A stretch of DNA of 64,000 bases, taken from NCBI GenBank assembly GCA_965216955.1, contig CBDCGV010000018.1, positions 470,098-534,097 of the forward strand, written 5' to 3'. The DNA is from Chitinophagales bacterium (lineage in GTDB: Bacteria > Bacteroidota > Bacteroidia > Chitinophagales > JADIYW01). Each line of letters begins with the position of its first letter. The stretch's first letter is position 1. Under the pieces are notes generated by a model, which was given only the letters and a program-made list of their open reading frames with translations, searched no databases and had not been told where the DNA came from. Shown one piece after another: positions 1 to 10,182 of this stretch. Made by a program: the position numbers and the translations under genes.

Positions 1-219
1 TGCATCAGAACAATCATTTAATGCTGCTTGTATGGCAGCCTTATAAGCTGCACAAGTTTCTTTATTTTCGCTCGCTTCAAAGTCACTAGCTGTAGTTGAT
101 ATATTATCCAAAACTACTGTGCAATCCACTCCAGATCCTCCATCATCACTACCTTTACAGCTCACCATAACTGCTCCGAAAAGCATAAAAGTAACAAAGA
201 GTTTAGTTATTTTTCTCAT
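1..219 (-). CDS. hypothetical lipoprotein, first 73 codons only (gene runs off the left edge)
   Basis: My own minus-strand translation from the ATG at 219 reads MRKITKLFVTFMLFGAVMVSCKGSDDGG... It has a signal peptide with a lipobox Cys (VMVSC). The frame stays open to position 1. It is absent from the ORF track because it is truncated. Confidence 0.45.
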   Translation of the reverse strand, partial: MRKITKLFVTFMLFGAVMVSCKGSDDGGSGVDCTVVLDNISTTASDFEASENKETCAAYKAAIQAALNDCSDA

Positions 220-394
220 ATTTTTTTAACTATTTAATTTATCTTCTGATTTTTAAAAGTATGAAAAAATTATCTATTACAGAAACTTTTCAAACAAATA
301 TACTTTTGAACGGCTTACAATTAAAAATATTACTTTTTAACAAACGATTTAGAATCTTTAATACAAGATGAATAAAAGCGCTCCCAAGTTGCTT

Positions 395-637
395 TTAGCT
401 AATTCCCTCTACTAAAATACTCACCTGATTATTAAGCATCTCCACAATTCCAGACTTTATTTCAAAGGTTTGTGTATCTGCACCTGTTGCAACAATTAAT
501 TTGCCTTCTGCTAAAGCTGAAATGATAGGTGCGTGATTATTCATGATCTGAAAAGACCCCTCTAAGCCTGGTAGTGTAACCATTTGTGCGTCTCCTGAGA
601 AAACTTTTTCTTCTGGTGTTAGAATATCTACTTGCAT
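395..637 (-). CDS. atpC: F0F1 ATP synthase subunit epsilon
   Basis: 80-aa ORF 16 nt downstream of atpD. The beta-sandwich-type N-terminal sequence (ILTPEEKVFSGDAQMVTLPGLEGSFQIMNNHAPIISAL) is typical of epsilon. It is short and appears to lack the C-terminal helical hairpin. Confidence 0.85.
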   Translation of the reverse strand: MQVDILTPEEKVFSGDAQMVTLPGLEGSFQIMNNHAPIISALAEGKLIVATGADTQTFEIKSGIVEMLNNQVSILVEGIS

Positions 638-653
638 CGGATCTCTTTAATTA

Positions 654-2222
<1,569 letters not shown>

Positions 2223-2347
2223 TCAATACCAATTTTCAGAAACAAAGTTCTCCACAAGTACTGTAGGTTTTTAAATATTTAAAATTGGGATAACATACTG
2301 AGCATAAAATATGAAAAGATAAGCACCTTTACATCTCCATTTTTCAC

Positions 2348-3235
2348 TTATGGAGAAGAGATTCGCTTTGAACCCAGATCAAACTGCTTGAAAAACCATC
2401 CATATTTGGGAGAAAATAAAAAGGCCATTACAAAAATTACACCTGTAACCACCGCCATACATGCCGCTATAGAACTATCAATTGCAGCAGCCAAAAAGTA
2501 TCCTACTATAGAAGCAATTATTCCAAAAACAACGGACAAAACAAGCATTATTTTTAAATTATCTGTCAACAAATAAGCGCTTGCGGGTGGAACTACTAAA
2601 AAAGCAACTACTAAAATGGCTCCTACAGATTCAAAGGAAACAACTGTATTTAGCGACACAACACTCATTAATGCATAATGCCAAAAGATGGTATTGATTC
2701 CAATTGATTTAGCATAGCTTTCATCAAAAGTTGTTATAAAAAGACCCTTAAATCCAATCAGCGCAAAGCCTATAATTATGAAAAAAGCAAAACCTATAAT
2801 CCATAGATTTTCTGGTCCCATATTCATTCCTCCCTTTGTAATCCAAAGATTCAAGGGTAAATAGGCCAGCTCACCATGAAGCACACAATCTTGATCTATA
2901 TCTACATTATTAGCAAAGAGATTTATAAGTATAACTCCTACGGCAAAAAGAAAAGTGAATGAGATGCCTATTGAAGCATCTTGCTGGAGGTTTGCTTTTT
3001 TATGCAGCCACTCAATAATATAGGTAGTTAATACACCTATTGTTGCGGCGCCAATCATCACTGGCAAAAAACCTCTAGAATTAGAAACTAAGAATGCTAT
3101 TACAATCCCGGGTAATACGGCATGTGAAATAGCGTCTCCGATCATAGACATTCTTCGTAGAATTAGGAAACAACCTAAAATAGCCGATGATGTTGCGACC
3201 AATATACCTGCTAATATGATATAAAAAGCATCCAA
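2348..3235 (-). CDS. metal (Mn/Zn/Fe) ABC transporter permease, TroD/ZnuB-like
   Basis: 295-aa polytopic membrane protein. The GDAISHAVLPG motif is shared with the neighbouring permease. It is the last gene of the SBP-ATPase-permease-permease operon. Confidence 0.85.
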   Translation of the reverse strand: MDAFYIILAGILVATSSAILGCFLILRRMSMIGDAISHAVLPGIVIAFLVSNSRGFLPVMIGAATIGVLTTYIIEWLHKKANLQQDASIGISFTFLFAVGVILINLFANNVDIDQDCVLHGELAYLPLNLWITKGGMNMGPENLWIIGFAFFIIIGFALIGFKGLFITTFDESYAKSIGINTIFWHYALMSVVSLNTVVSFESVGAILVVAFLVVPPASAYLLTDNLKIMLVLSVVFGIIASIVGYFLAAAIDSSIAACMAVVTGVIFVMAFLFSPKYGWFFKQFDLGSKRISSP

Positions 3236-3281
3236 TTTTAATATTCCATTTTTTTATGATTCAATTATTTCATTTTCAATT

Positions 3282-3686
3282 TTAGTTTATAGATGGTATT
3301 GGTTTTTGGTGAGGATCCTCTTTAGGATGCTCTAATATATGCTCTAATTGTTTTTGAATTTCTGGAGTTAATATATGTTCTATCGCTTCTGCATCGTCAT
3401 GTACATGATCTTGTGCAACATTTAAATGCTGAGAAAGATACAATTCCCAAAGTCTATGTAATCTAATGATTCTCTTACCCTCCAATAAACCTTTAGCAGT
3501 CAACTTCCATTTATTCCCAGATTGCAACACCCATCCCCTTTTATTCAGTCGTTTTAGACTATTTATCAAAACATTTTCCTCTATTGAACGCCTCTTTTGA
3601 AGATCACTTATTGATCTTAAGTTCATAAAATCTTCCAAATTTTCTCCCAAATGATAAAATATCTTAAGTGTATTCTCATCATTTAT
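3282..3686 (-). other. DtxR/TroR-like domain portion of the fused permease
   Basis: The domain starts at INDENTLKIFYHLGE after the basic stop-transfer stretch WYRRRKQASFFKK. It contains HRLWELYL and AEAIEH motifs. Confidence 0.65.
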
Positions 3687-4580
3687 TTTCTTAAAGAAAG
3701 ACGCTTGTTTTCTTCTTCGATACCAAAGGCCCTTTTGTTTACCAAATACCAAAGAAAAAACTGCAACAACTGTCAATACTACAATTATCCATGGACCTGT
3801 TGGCATCGTTGGAGCCAAATAGGAAACAAAAGCCCCTATCCATCCAGCAAAAACACCAAAAAAAGCGGCAAGAAAAATCATTTTACTTAAATTATTAGTC
3901 CAGTATCGTGCTGATGCTGCGGGCGTTATCAATAATGCTGCTACTAATACAACTCCAACAGTTCTAATCCCAATTGCAATAGCAACAACGACAAGTGTCG
4001 ATAAAAGAAAATCTAGCCATCCTACTTTAAAACCAATTGAAGCAGCATATGCTCTATCAAAAATTAAAATTTTAAACCTTTGGAAAAAGACAACTATAAT
4101 ACTCAACAAAATAACACTCGTCCACAAAAACATGGTTATATCTTGCCGAACAATAGCTGCTGCCTTGCCAAATAAAAAGTGATCTAATCCTGCCTGTGAG
4201 GCCTTTCCACTATGTTGAATCATCGTTAAGAGCATAATACCCACTGCAAAAAAAACGGAAAGCGTTCCGGCAATCGCCGCATCATTTTTTATCCTCGATT
4301 GACGTGTTACATAATCAAGCACAAGTATTGATAACCAACCCGTTAAGAATGCTCCAGCAAGCAACACCCACGGGTTTTTGGTTTCAAAGATTAAAAAAGC
4401 TATGCATACACCTGGCAAGACAGAATGGGATACGGAGTCTCCGACTAAAGACTTTTTTTGAAGAAAAGCAAAACAGCCGACAACAGCCGTAATTCCACAA
4501 ATCAAAATTGCACCAATTACAACTGTTTGAATACTTTGATCATTGAGTAACAAAAAATCTATGAAAATATCGAAGTTCAT
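3282..4580 (-). CDS. metal ABC transporter permease (TroC-like) fused to a C-terminal DtxR/TroR/MntR-like metalloregulator domain
   Basis: 432 aa. The N-terminal ~290 aa is a polytopic permease (GDSVSHSVLPG). The C-terminal 134 aa is soluble and has a winged-helix-like segment plus IRLHRLWELYL....HDDAEAIEH, the DtxR-family metal-binding/dimerisation signature. Confidence 0.8.
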   Translation of the reverse strand: MNFDIFIDFLLLNDQSIQTVVIGAILICGITAVVGCFAFLQKKSLVGDSVSHSVLPGVCIAFLIFETKNPWVLLAGAFLTGWLSILVLDYVTRQSRIKNDAAIAGTLSVFFAVGIMLLTMIQHSGKASQAGLDHFLFGKAAAIVRQDITMFLWTSVILLSIIVVFFQRFKILIFDRAYAASIGFKVGWLDFLLSTLVVVAIAIGIRTVGVVLVAALLITPAASARYWTNNLSKMIFLAAFFGVFAGWIGAFVSYLAPTMPTGPWIIVVLTVVAVFSLVFGKQKGLWYRRRKQASFFKKINDENTLKIFYHLGENLEDFMNLRSISDLQKRRSIEENVLINSLKRLNKRGWVLQSGNKWKLTAKGLLEGKRIIRLHRLWELYLSQHLNVAQDHVHDDAEAIEHILTPEIQKQLEHILEHPKEDPHQKPIPSIN

Positions 4581-4606
4581 TAATCTTGTATTACTTACTT
4601 TATTGA

Positions 4607-5383
4607 TTACCCTTTCCTAAGTGGCAGATCTTCTCTTTCTATTAATTCTCCAACAGTAGATAATATATTTAATTTCCCACCGTAAGCCTTTTGTAAATTT
4701 TCCTTTTTAAATGTAGTATCTATATCTCCTGCCGCAATTAAACTAGTGTTCAATAAAATAACCCAATCAAAGTAATTTTTAACTGTTTGTAAATCATGAT
4801 GAACCACTACAATCGTTTTTCCCTTTTCTTTAATTGTATTTAAAATTTCTAATATAGATTCTTCTGTTGCTGCATCTACACCAGCAAAGGGCTCATCCAT
4901 TAAGTATAAATCTGCTTCTTGAGCCAATGCTCTTGCCAAAAAAACTCTTTGTTGCTGTCCTCCCGAAAGTTGTGCAATTTGTCTTTTTTCAAAAGGCAAC
5001 ATTTGTACCTGCTCCAAAGCATGTTTAGCCTTTTCTCTATCACTTTTACTAACTCTTTTAAAAATATTTCCTTTATTATATCTTCCCATTTCCACAACAT
5101 CCAGTACACTTGCAGGGAAATCCCAATCCACACTTCCCCTTTGTGGCACATAGCTCACACGTTGTCGAACTTTATTTAATGTTTGATCAAAAATTTTAAC
5201 AAACCCACTACCTAAGGGAAGCAGCCCCATAATAGCTTTTAACAATGTAGATTTACCTGCTCCATTGGGTCCTATAATACCCACTATATTACCCTCTGGT
5301 ATATCAAAGTCGATATTCCAAAGTGCGGGCTTTTTATTATAGCTGACCGTTAAGTCATGTACTTCTATGGCAGTATTGCTCAT
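4607..5383 (-). CDS. metal ABC transporter ATP-binding protein (TroB/ZnuC-like)
   Basis: 258 aa. Walker A GPNGAGKST, ABC signature LSGGQQQR, Walker B LYLMDEP. Confidence 0.9.
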   Translation of the reverse strand: MSNTAIEVHDLTVSYNKKPALWNIDFDIPEGNIVGIIGPNGAGKSTLLKAIMGLLPLGSGFVKIFDQTLNKVRQRVSYVPQRGSVDWDFPASVLDVVEMGRYNKGNIFKRVSKSDREKAKHALEQVQMLPFEKRQIAQLSGGQQQRVFLARALAQEADLYLMDEPFAGVDAATEESILEILNTIKEKGKTIVVVHHDLQTVKNYFDWVILLNTSLIAAGDIDTTFKKENLQKAYGGKLNILSTVGELIEREDLPLRKG

Positions 5384-5424
5384 TTAACGAAGTTAGTTTT
5401 TAGATACAAGAATCCAATATAAAG

Positions 5425-5444
5425 AAGAAACAATCTTGTTTCTT
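5425..5444 (-). promoter_or_regulatory. intercistronic inverted repeat (9+2+9) between the SBP and ATPase genes
   Basis: AAGAAACAA-tc-TTGTTTCTT with perfect arms. It lies in the 78-nt gap between the two cistrons and is followed on the mRNA strand by a U-rich stretch. Confidence 0.3.
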
Positions 5445-5461
5445 GAACAATAATTAATCCA

Positions 5462-6382
5462 TTACTTTAATCCCGAAGCTATGGTTTGAACATTATGTTT
5501 TATCATACCGATATATGTTCCTTCTTCCGTTCCAAACGCTCCCATCGCATCTGAAAACAGCTCCCCTCCAATTTTAACATCGTGTCCTTTTTGTTTACAA
5601 TCTTCGATGATCGCTTCTAACGGCTTTGAAGAAACAGATGATTCTATGAAAATAGCCTTTACCTTTTTTGAAATAATTAAATCAACTAACGCTTTTCTAT
5701 CCTGAACACCGAATTCTGCTGCTGTTGAGATTCCCTGCAAAGCATTTACACCTACACCAAATGATCTACCAAAATATTGAAACGCATCATGAGAAGTAAT
5801 TAAAAGTTTAGATTCTTCTTTAATGCTGTCGAGGCCTCCCTTTAAATTTTCATACACCTCTTCTATAGATGCCAAATAAGTCTTCTGATTTTCTTCAATT
5901 TCATCTTTCCATATTGGATATTTCCCAATCAGGTAATCTGCTAACCCAGAAATACAACTACTCCATAACTCTACATCAAACCAAATATGCGGATCTATTT
6001 CATCAACACCTTCTGATTGCATAGGCAATAGCTGATCTGTACTAACAACAGAACTAAAATTATAGACATTTTTCTTTCTTCCAAGTTTTTCCAAAATATC
6101 GGTCAACTTTCCTTCTAAAAACAATCCATTAAAAACAATTACATCAGATTGATTCATTTTTTTAAGATCTCCTTGAGTAGCCTTGTAATAATGAGGGTCT
6201 ACGCCAGGCCCCATTAGCATCACCGCTTCTACGTGCTCTCCAAGTAAATTGATCACCGCATCATTAATCATTCCGGTAGTAGACAAAACCATTGGTTTTT
6301 CTCGTTTAACTTTTTTGTTCGTATTGCAACTCATTATCATTGCGATGGATACAAAAAGAAGTAATACTTTTGCATGCTTCAT
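5462..6382 (-). CDS. metal ABC transporter substrate-binding lipoprotein (TroA/cluster-9 family)
   Basis: 306 aa. Lipobox IMSC. Family motifs DPHYY, DPHIWFD, TSHDAFQYF and LFSDAMG are present. There is no His-rich ZnuA loop. Confidence 0.85.
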   Translation of the reverse strand: MKHAKVLLLFVSIAMIMSCNTNKKVKREKPMVLSTTGMINDAVINLLGEHVEAVMLMGPGVDPHYYKATQGDLKKMNQSDVIVFNGLFLEGKLTDILEKLGRKKNVYNFSSVVSTDQLLPMQSEGVDEIDPHIWFDVELWSSCISGLADYLIGKYPIWKDEIEENQKTYLASIEEVYENLKGGLDSIKEESKLLITSHDAFQYFGRSFGVGVNALQGISTAAEFGVQDRKALVDLIISKKVKAIFIESSVSSKPLEAIIEDCKQKGHDVKIGGELFSDAMGAFGTEEGTYIGMIKHNVQTIASGLK

Positions 6383-6487
6383 ATTAGCAACTTATTTTGA
6401 TTGATTCTAAATAGGTAAATTTAGTTGAAGATATGTGTTGTGACACAAGAAGCATGTCATTTAAAAATTAATTAATACAATTCATAA

Positions 6488-6952
6488 ATGGGCAAAAAGG
6501 CTCAACATATAGAATTTGACAATAGAAAGGCCGCTTTTCAATATCAGTTAGTTGATAAAATTTGCGCAGGCATCATGTTGGTTGGATCGGAAGTAAAAGC
6601 TATTCGTGAAGGAAAGGTCAGCTTTAATGATGCTTATTGTATATTTCAAGATGGTGAGCTTTGGGTAAAAAAATTATTTATTGGAGAATACTCCAATAGT
6701 GGTTTTTCAACACACGATCCTTTAAGAGTTCGAAAGCTACTCCTTACAAAAAGGGAGTTAAAAAAGCTACAAGCAAAAGTAAAAGAAAAGGGTTACACTA
6801 TTATTCCTAAAAAGCTATTCTTATCGGAACGTGGTTTCTTTAAATTAGAAATTGCTTTGGCAAAGGGTAAAAAATCTTTTGATAAACGACAAAGTATAAA
6901 GGACAAAGACTCCAAAAGACAATTAGATAGGGTAAAAAAGATGAATAGATAG
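6488..6952 (+). CDS. smpB: SsrA-binding protein SmpB
   Basis: 154 aa. NRKAAFQY...GSEVKAIREGK...L(L)LTKRELKKL and a basic C-terminal tail are typical of SmpB. Confidence 0.92.
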   Translation: MGKKAQHIEFDNRKAAFQYQLVDKICAGIMLVGSEVKAIREGKVSFNDAYCIFQDGELWVKKLFIGEYSNSGFSTHDPLRVRKLLLTKRELKKLQAKVKEKGYTIIPKKLFLSERGFFKLEIALAKGKKSFDKRQSIKDKDSKRQLDRVKKMNR

Positions 6953-7027
6953 ATTATCTGACAACTATTTCTATTTTTTTTACGTCTTAACCTAAAAACG
7001 CCCAAAAGTAATCTTTATAAGGTTCGA

Positions 7028-7687
7028 TCACTTAGTCCCCTTCAACATCGGCACAAAGCTAAATGCATCGAAGGCCTCTTTTTTAAGTATTCCTTTCTTT
7101 GTTTTGGTTAATCTAAGCATCTCTTGAGTCTCCCCTTCTCCAAACGGAATAACCAGTATCCCTCCTGTTTTTAGTTGTTCAATTAATTTTTGTGGAATTT
7201 CAGGGGCTGCTGCTGTTATTAGAATTTTATCAAAAGGTGCTAGTTTAGGTAAGCCCTCATAACCATCTCCATAAAAACATCGCACTTTATTATAACCTAA
7301 TTGAGCTAATAGCTTTTTAGCCTTTAAATGTAATGACTTATGTCGCTCTATTGTAAAAACTTGCACATTAAGTTCTCCTAAAACGCTTGCTTGATAGCCA
7401 CTCCCTGTACCAATTTCCAAAACTCTATCCGAAGGTTGAAGATCTAACAGAGATGTTTGAAACGCTACCGTATATGGCTGGGAGATCGTTTGTCCCTTAC
7501 CAATAGGAAATGCGTTATTCTGATAAGCAAAATCTAAAAAGGCGCTATCCATAAAATAATGCCTTGGCACATTGCCAATAGCAGCTAAAACTGTTTCATC
7601 GTTAATACCTTCTTCAAAAAGTGTTTCCACCAATTTTTTGCGCATTCCCTTATGACGATATGTATCTTTTATTTGCATTTCGATCAA
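7028..7687 (-). CDS. pcm: protein-L-isoaspartate O-methyltransferase
   Basis: 219 aa. GQTISQPYTVA and the SAM motif VLEIGTGSGYQA are present. Confidence 0.9.
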   Translation of the reverse strand: MIEMQIKDTYRHKGMRKKLVETLFEEGINDETVLAAIGNVPRHYFMDSAFLDFAYQNNAFPIGKGQTISQPYTVAFQTSLLDLQPSDRVLEIGTGSGYQASVLGELNVQVFTIERHKSLHLKAKKLLAQLGYNKVRCFYGDGYEGLPKLAPFDKILITAAAPEIPQKLIEQLKTGGILVIPFGEGETQEMLRLTKTKKGILKKEAFDAFSFVPMLKGTK

Positions 7688-7757
7688 GAATTAACAAATA
7701 TGCATAAAATGTATATCACCTTCCGTTCTTGACAACCAAAACTTTTAATTGTTTGTC

Positions 7758-7765
7758 TATTTTTG
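7758..7765 (+). promoter_or_regulatory. candidate Bacteroidota -7 promoter box (TAnnTTTG)
   Basis: TATTTTTG lies 17 nt upstream of the ATG at 7782. This supports the shorter start over the 7749 start in the ORF track. Confidence 0.35.
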
Positions 7766-7781
7766 CAGCAAAATAGTGATA

Positions 7782-9182
7782 ATGACAAAAATTAAGTTTG
7801 GAACAGATGGGTGGCGAGCGATTATAGCAAAGGATTATACAACTGATAATGTAGCAAGAGTAGCAAAAGCAACAGCTATGTGGGTTAAAGAACGTTATAA
7901 TAACCCAACTATAGTAATTGGTCACGATTGCCGATTCGGAGGTCCTCTTTTTATGGAAACAGTAACAAAAGTCTTATGTGGAGAAGGCATAAAGGTTTTT
8001 GTTTCAGAGGGCATTACCTCCACACCTATGATTTCTTTAGCGGCAAACAGATTAAATTGTGCAATGGGGGTGGTAATAACTGCAAGCCATAACCCTCATA
8101 CTTATAGCGGATACAAATTAAAATCTACTTATGGAGGCCCAACCATTCCTAAAGAAATAGAAGAAATTGAAAACTTAATACCTGAAAAAGCTACAGTTCC
8201 AAGTACTTCTATCGACAAATACATATCACAACAATTGGTTGAAAAAATAGATTTGGAAACGATGTATTTTAATCATGTTGAAGCAAGCTTTGATATGAAT
8301 AAAATCAAAAACTCGGGAATGGTTTTCGCCTATGATGCGATGTATGGCGCCGGACAAAAAATTGTTAGAAGGTTAATTCCTGATATTGTACATCTACATT
8401 GTGACGAAAACCCTTCCTTTAAAGGACAGGCCCCCGAGCCACTACATCGAAATTTATTAGAGTTTTCTGAGTTGATTAAAAATTCAACAGATATTGACTT
8501 TGGATTTGCCAATGATGGAGATGCCGATCGAATTGGTATTTACGATGCCAAGGGAAATTTTATAGACAGTCATCATGTATTGCTTTTACTTATCCATTAT
8601 TTGCATAAGTACAAAGGAATGAACGGAAAAGTAGTGGTTTCTTTTTCCGTTTCAGGACGAATAAAAAAAATGTGTGAGGCTTATAATTTACCGTTAGAAG
8701 TTACCAAAATAGGTTTCAAATATATCTGTGAAATTATGGTAAATGAAGATGTATTGGTTGGTGGAGAAGAATCTGGAGGTATAGCCATTAAAGGACATGT
8801 TCCAGAAAGAGATGGTGTTTGGAATGCACTGGTTATTATGGAGTTTATGGCAAAAACAGGAAAATCACTTCAAGAACTCATTGAGGAAGTATATGAAATC
8901 ACTGGTGCTTTTGCCTTTGAAAGAGATGATTTACATATAAACAACGAATTAAAGTCTTCAATTATAGAAAACTGTAAATCAGGAAAATACGATTCTTTTG
9001 GAGACTACAAAATTAAAAGTATTGAAACCATAGATGGGTTTAAATTTTATTTAAACGATGACTCTTGGGTTATGATTCGTCCTTCAGGAACTGAGCCTGT
9101 GCTAAGAGTCTATTGCGAGAGTAATACAGCTGAAGAAGTAAGAAAAATACTGGATGCCACTAAAACAACGTTATTAGGATAG
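7782..9182 (+). CDS. phosphoglucomutase/phosphomannomutase family protein (alpha-D-phosphohexomutase)
   Basis: Starts MTKIKFGTDGWRA. Phosphoserine loop TASHNP, Mg loop NDGDADR, sugar loop GGEESGG, phosphate loop RPSGTEP. Start moved from 7749 to the internal ATG. Confidence 0.9.
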   Translation: MTKIKFGTDGWRAIIAKDYTTDNVARVAKATAMWVKERYNNPTIVIGHDCRFGGPLFMETVTKVLCGEGIKVFVSEGITSTPMISLAANRLNCAMGVVITASHNPHTYSGYKLKSTYGGPTIPKEIEEIENLIPEKATVPSTSIDKYISQQLVEKIDLETMYFNHVEASFDMNKIKNSGMVFAYDAMYGAGQKIVRRLIPDIVHLHCDENPSFKGQAPEPLHRNLLEFSELIKNSTDIDFGFANDGDADRIGIYDAKGNFIDSHHVLLLLIHYLHKYKGMNGKVVVSFSVSGRIKKMCEAYNLPLEVTKIGFKYICEIMVNEDVLVGGEESGGIAIKGHVPERDGVWNALVIMEFMAKTGKSLQELIEEVYEITGAFAFERDDLHINNELKSSIIENCKSGKYDSFGDYKIKSIETIDGFKFYLNDDSWVMIRPSGTEPVLRVYCESNTAEEVRKILDATKTTLLG

Positions 9183-10156
9183 TGAAAACACGAATTACCT
9201 TAGTTCTATTAATCAGTCTCACCACTATATTTTCGGGGAAAGCTCAAGAAGATAGTTCAAGGCAAAAAATAGGTGTTTTTAAGCCTTATAAATTCTTTGC
9301 CCCTTCTCCAGTTTTAAACAAACCCAGAGTTTATACCATTACTGGGGCCATTGCGGGACTGTATACCATCTCAAATATCTGGTGGTCAAGTACATGGTAT
9401 TCTCAGTTTGAAAAAGACAAGTTTCATTTTTTTAACGATGCTTCCGAATGGCTCCAAATGGATAAAGCTGCGCACGCGTTTAATGCCTATTTTTTATCCA
9501 GATGGGGAACAAGCATGTATCGTTGGGCAGGTGTTGATGATAAAAAAGCAATGTGGATTGGTTTTGGGGCAGCAAATGCTTGGCAGCTATCCATTGAAAT
9601 ACAAGATGCTTTTTCTGAAAGATGGGGTTTCTCATTAACAGATTTAGCAGCCAATATAGGTGGATCTTTAATTTATATTGCGCAAGAATATTTATGGCAA
9701 GACCAGCGGTTTACAATAAAAATGTCTGCTTTTCCTGTAGATTACCCTGAAGCTTATAAAGAACGAACTGATGATCTATATGGCAATACCATTAGTGAGT
9801 TGCTCTTAAAAGATTATAATGCTATGACCTTTTGGGTAACGGCTACCCCAAGATCTTTTATAAAAAGAGAAAATAGTAAGTTTCCTAAATGGATTGGTGT
9901 TTCATTTGGGTACGGTGCACATAATCTTTATGGAGGGTTTTCCAATACATGGGAAGAAGATGGTGTGGAAATGACTGCCGATATTGACCGCATAAGACAA
10001 TTTTATCTTTCTGCTGATATCGATTGGACTAAAATACCTGTAAAAAGCAACGCAGTTAAAACACTGTTTCAAATATTAAACATTGTCAAACTTCCATTTC
10101 CTGCTGTTGAATTTAATACGGACGGTTCTGTAGAATGGAAATGGCTAAAGTTTTAA
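9182..10156 (+). CDS. hypothetical exported protein (resembles the DUF2279-type periplasmic lipoprotein family, from memory only)
   Basis: 324 aa. GTG start overlaps the upstream stop by 1 nt. Signal peptide LLISLTTIFSGKAQ. DKAAHAF motif. No catalytic motif recognised. Confidence 0.5.
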   Translation: MKTRITLVLLISLTTIFSGKAQEDSSRQKIGVFKPYKFFAPSPVLNKPRVYTITGAIAGLYTISNIWWSSTWYSQFEKDKFHFFNDASEWLQMDKAAHAFNAYFLSRWGTSMYRWAGVDDKKAMWIGFGAANAWQLSIEIQDAFSERWGFSLTDLAANIGGSLIYIAQEYLWQDQRFTIKMSAFPVDYPEAYKERTDDLYGNTISELLLKDYNAMTFWVTATPRSFIKRENSKFPKWIGVSFGYGAHNLYGGFSNTWEEDGVEMTADIDRIRQFYLSADIDWTKIPVKSNAVKTLFQILNIVKLPFPAVEFNTDGSVEWKWLKF

Positions 10157-10182
10157 AAAAAGTCAACTCATCTCTAATCTTT

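Noticed and set aside
7749-7781. Upstream-extended starts given in the ORF track: 7749 for the phosphohexomutase, 21410 (TTG) for the mosaic protease, 24858 and 27124 for the two cluster proteins, 39868 for DUF1304, and 45684 (TTG) for hemE.
   Set aside because: In each case an internal ATG gives a canonical N-terminus: MTKIKFGTDGWR, signal peptides or lipoboxes starting MKT.../MTKF..., and MENDLLLRA for HemE. The internal start also removes overlap with the upstream gene. For 7782, a TAnnTTTG box lies inside the extension.
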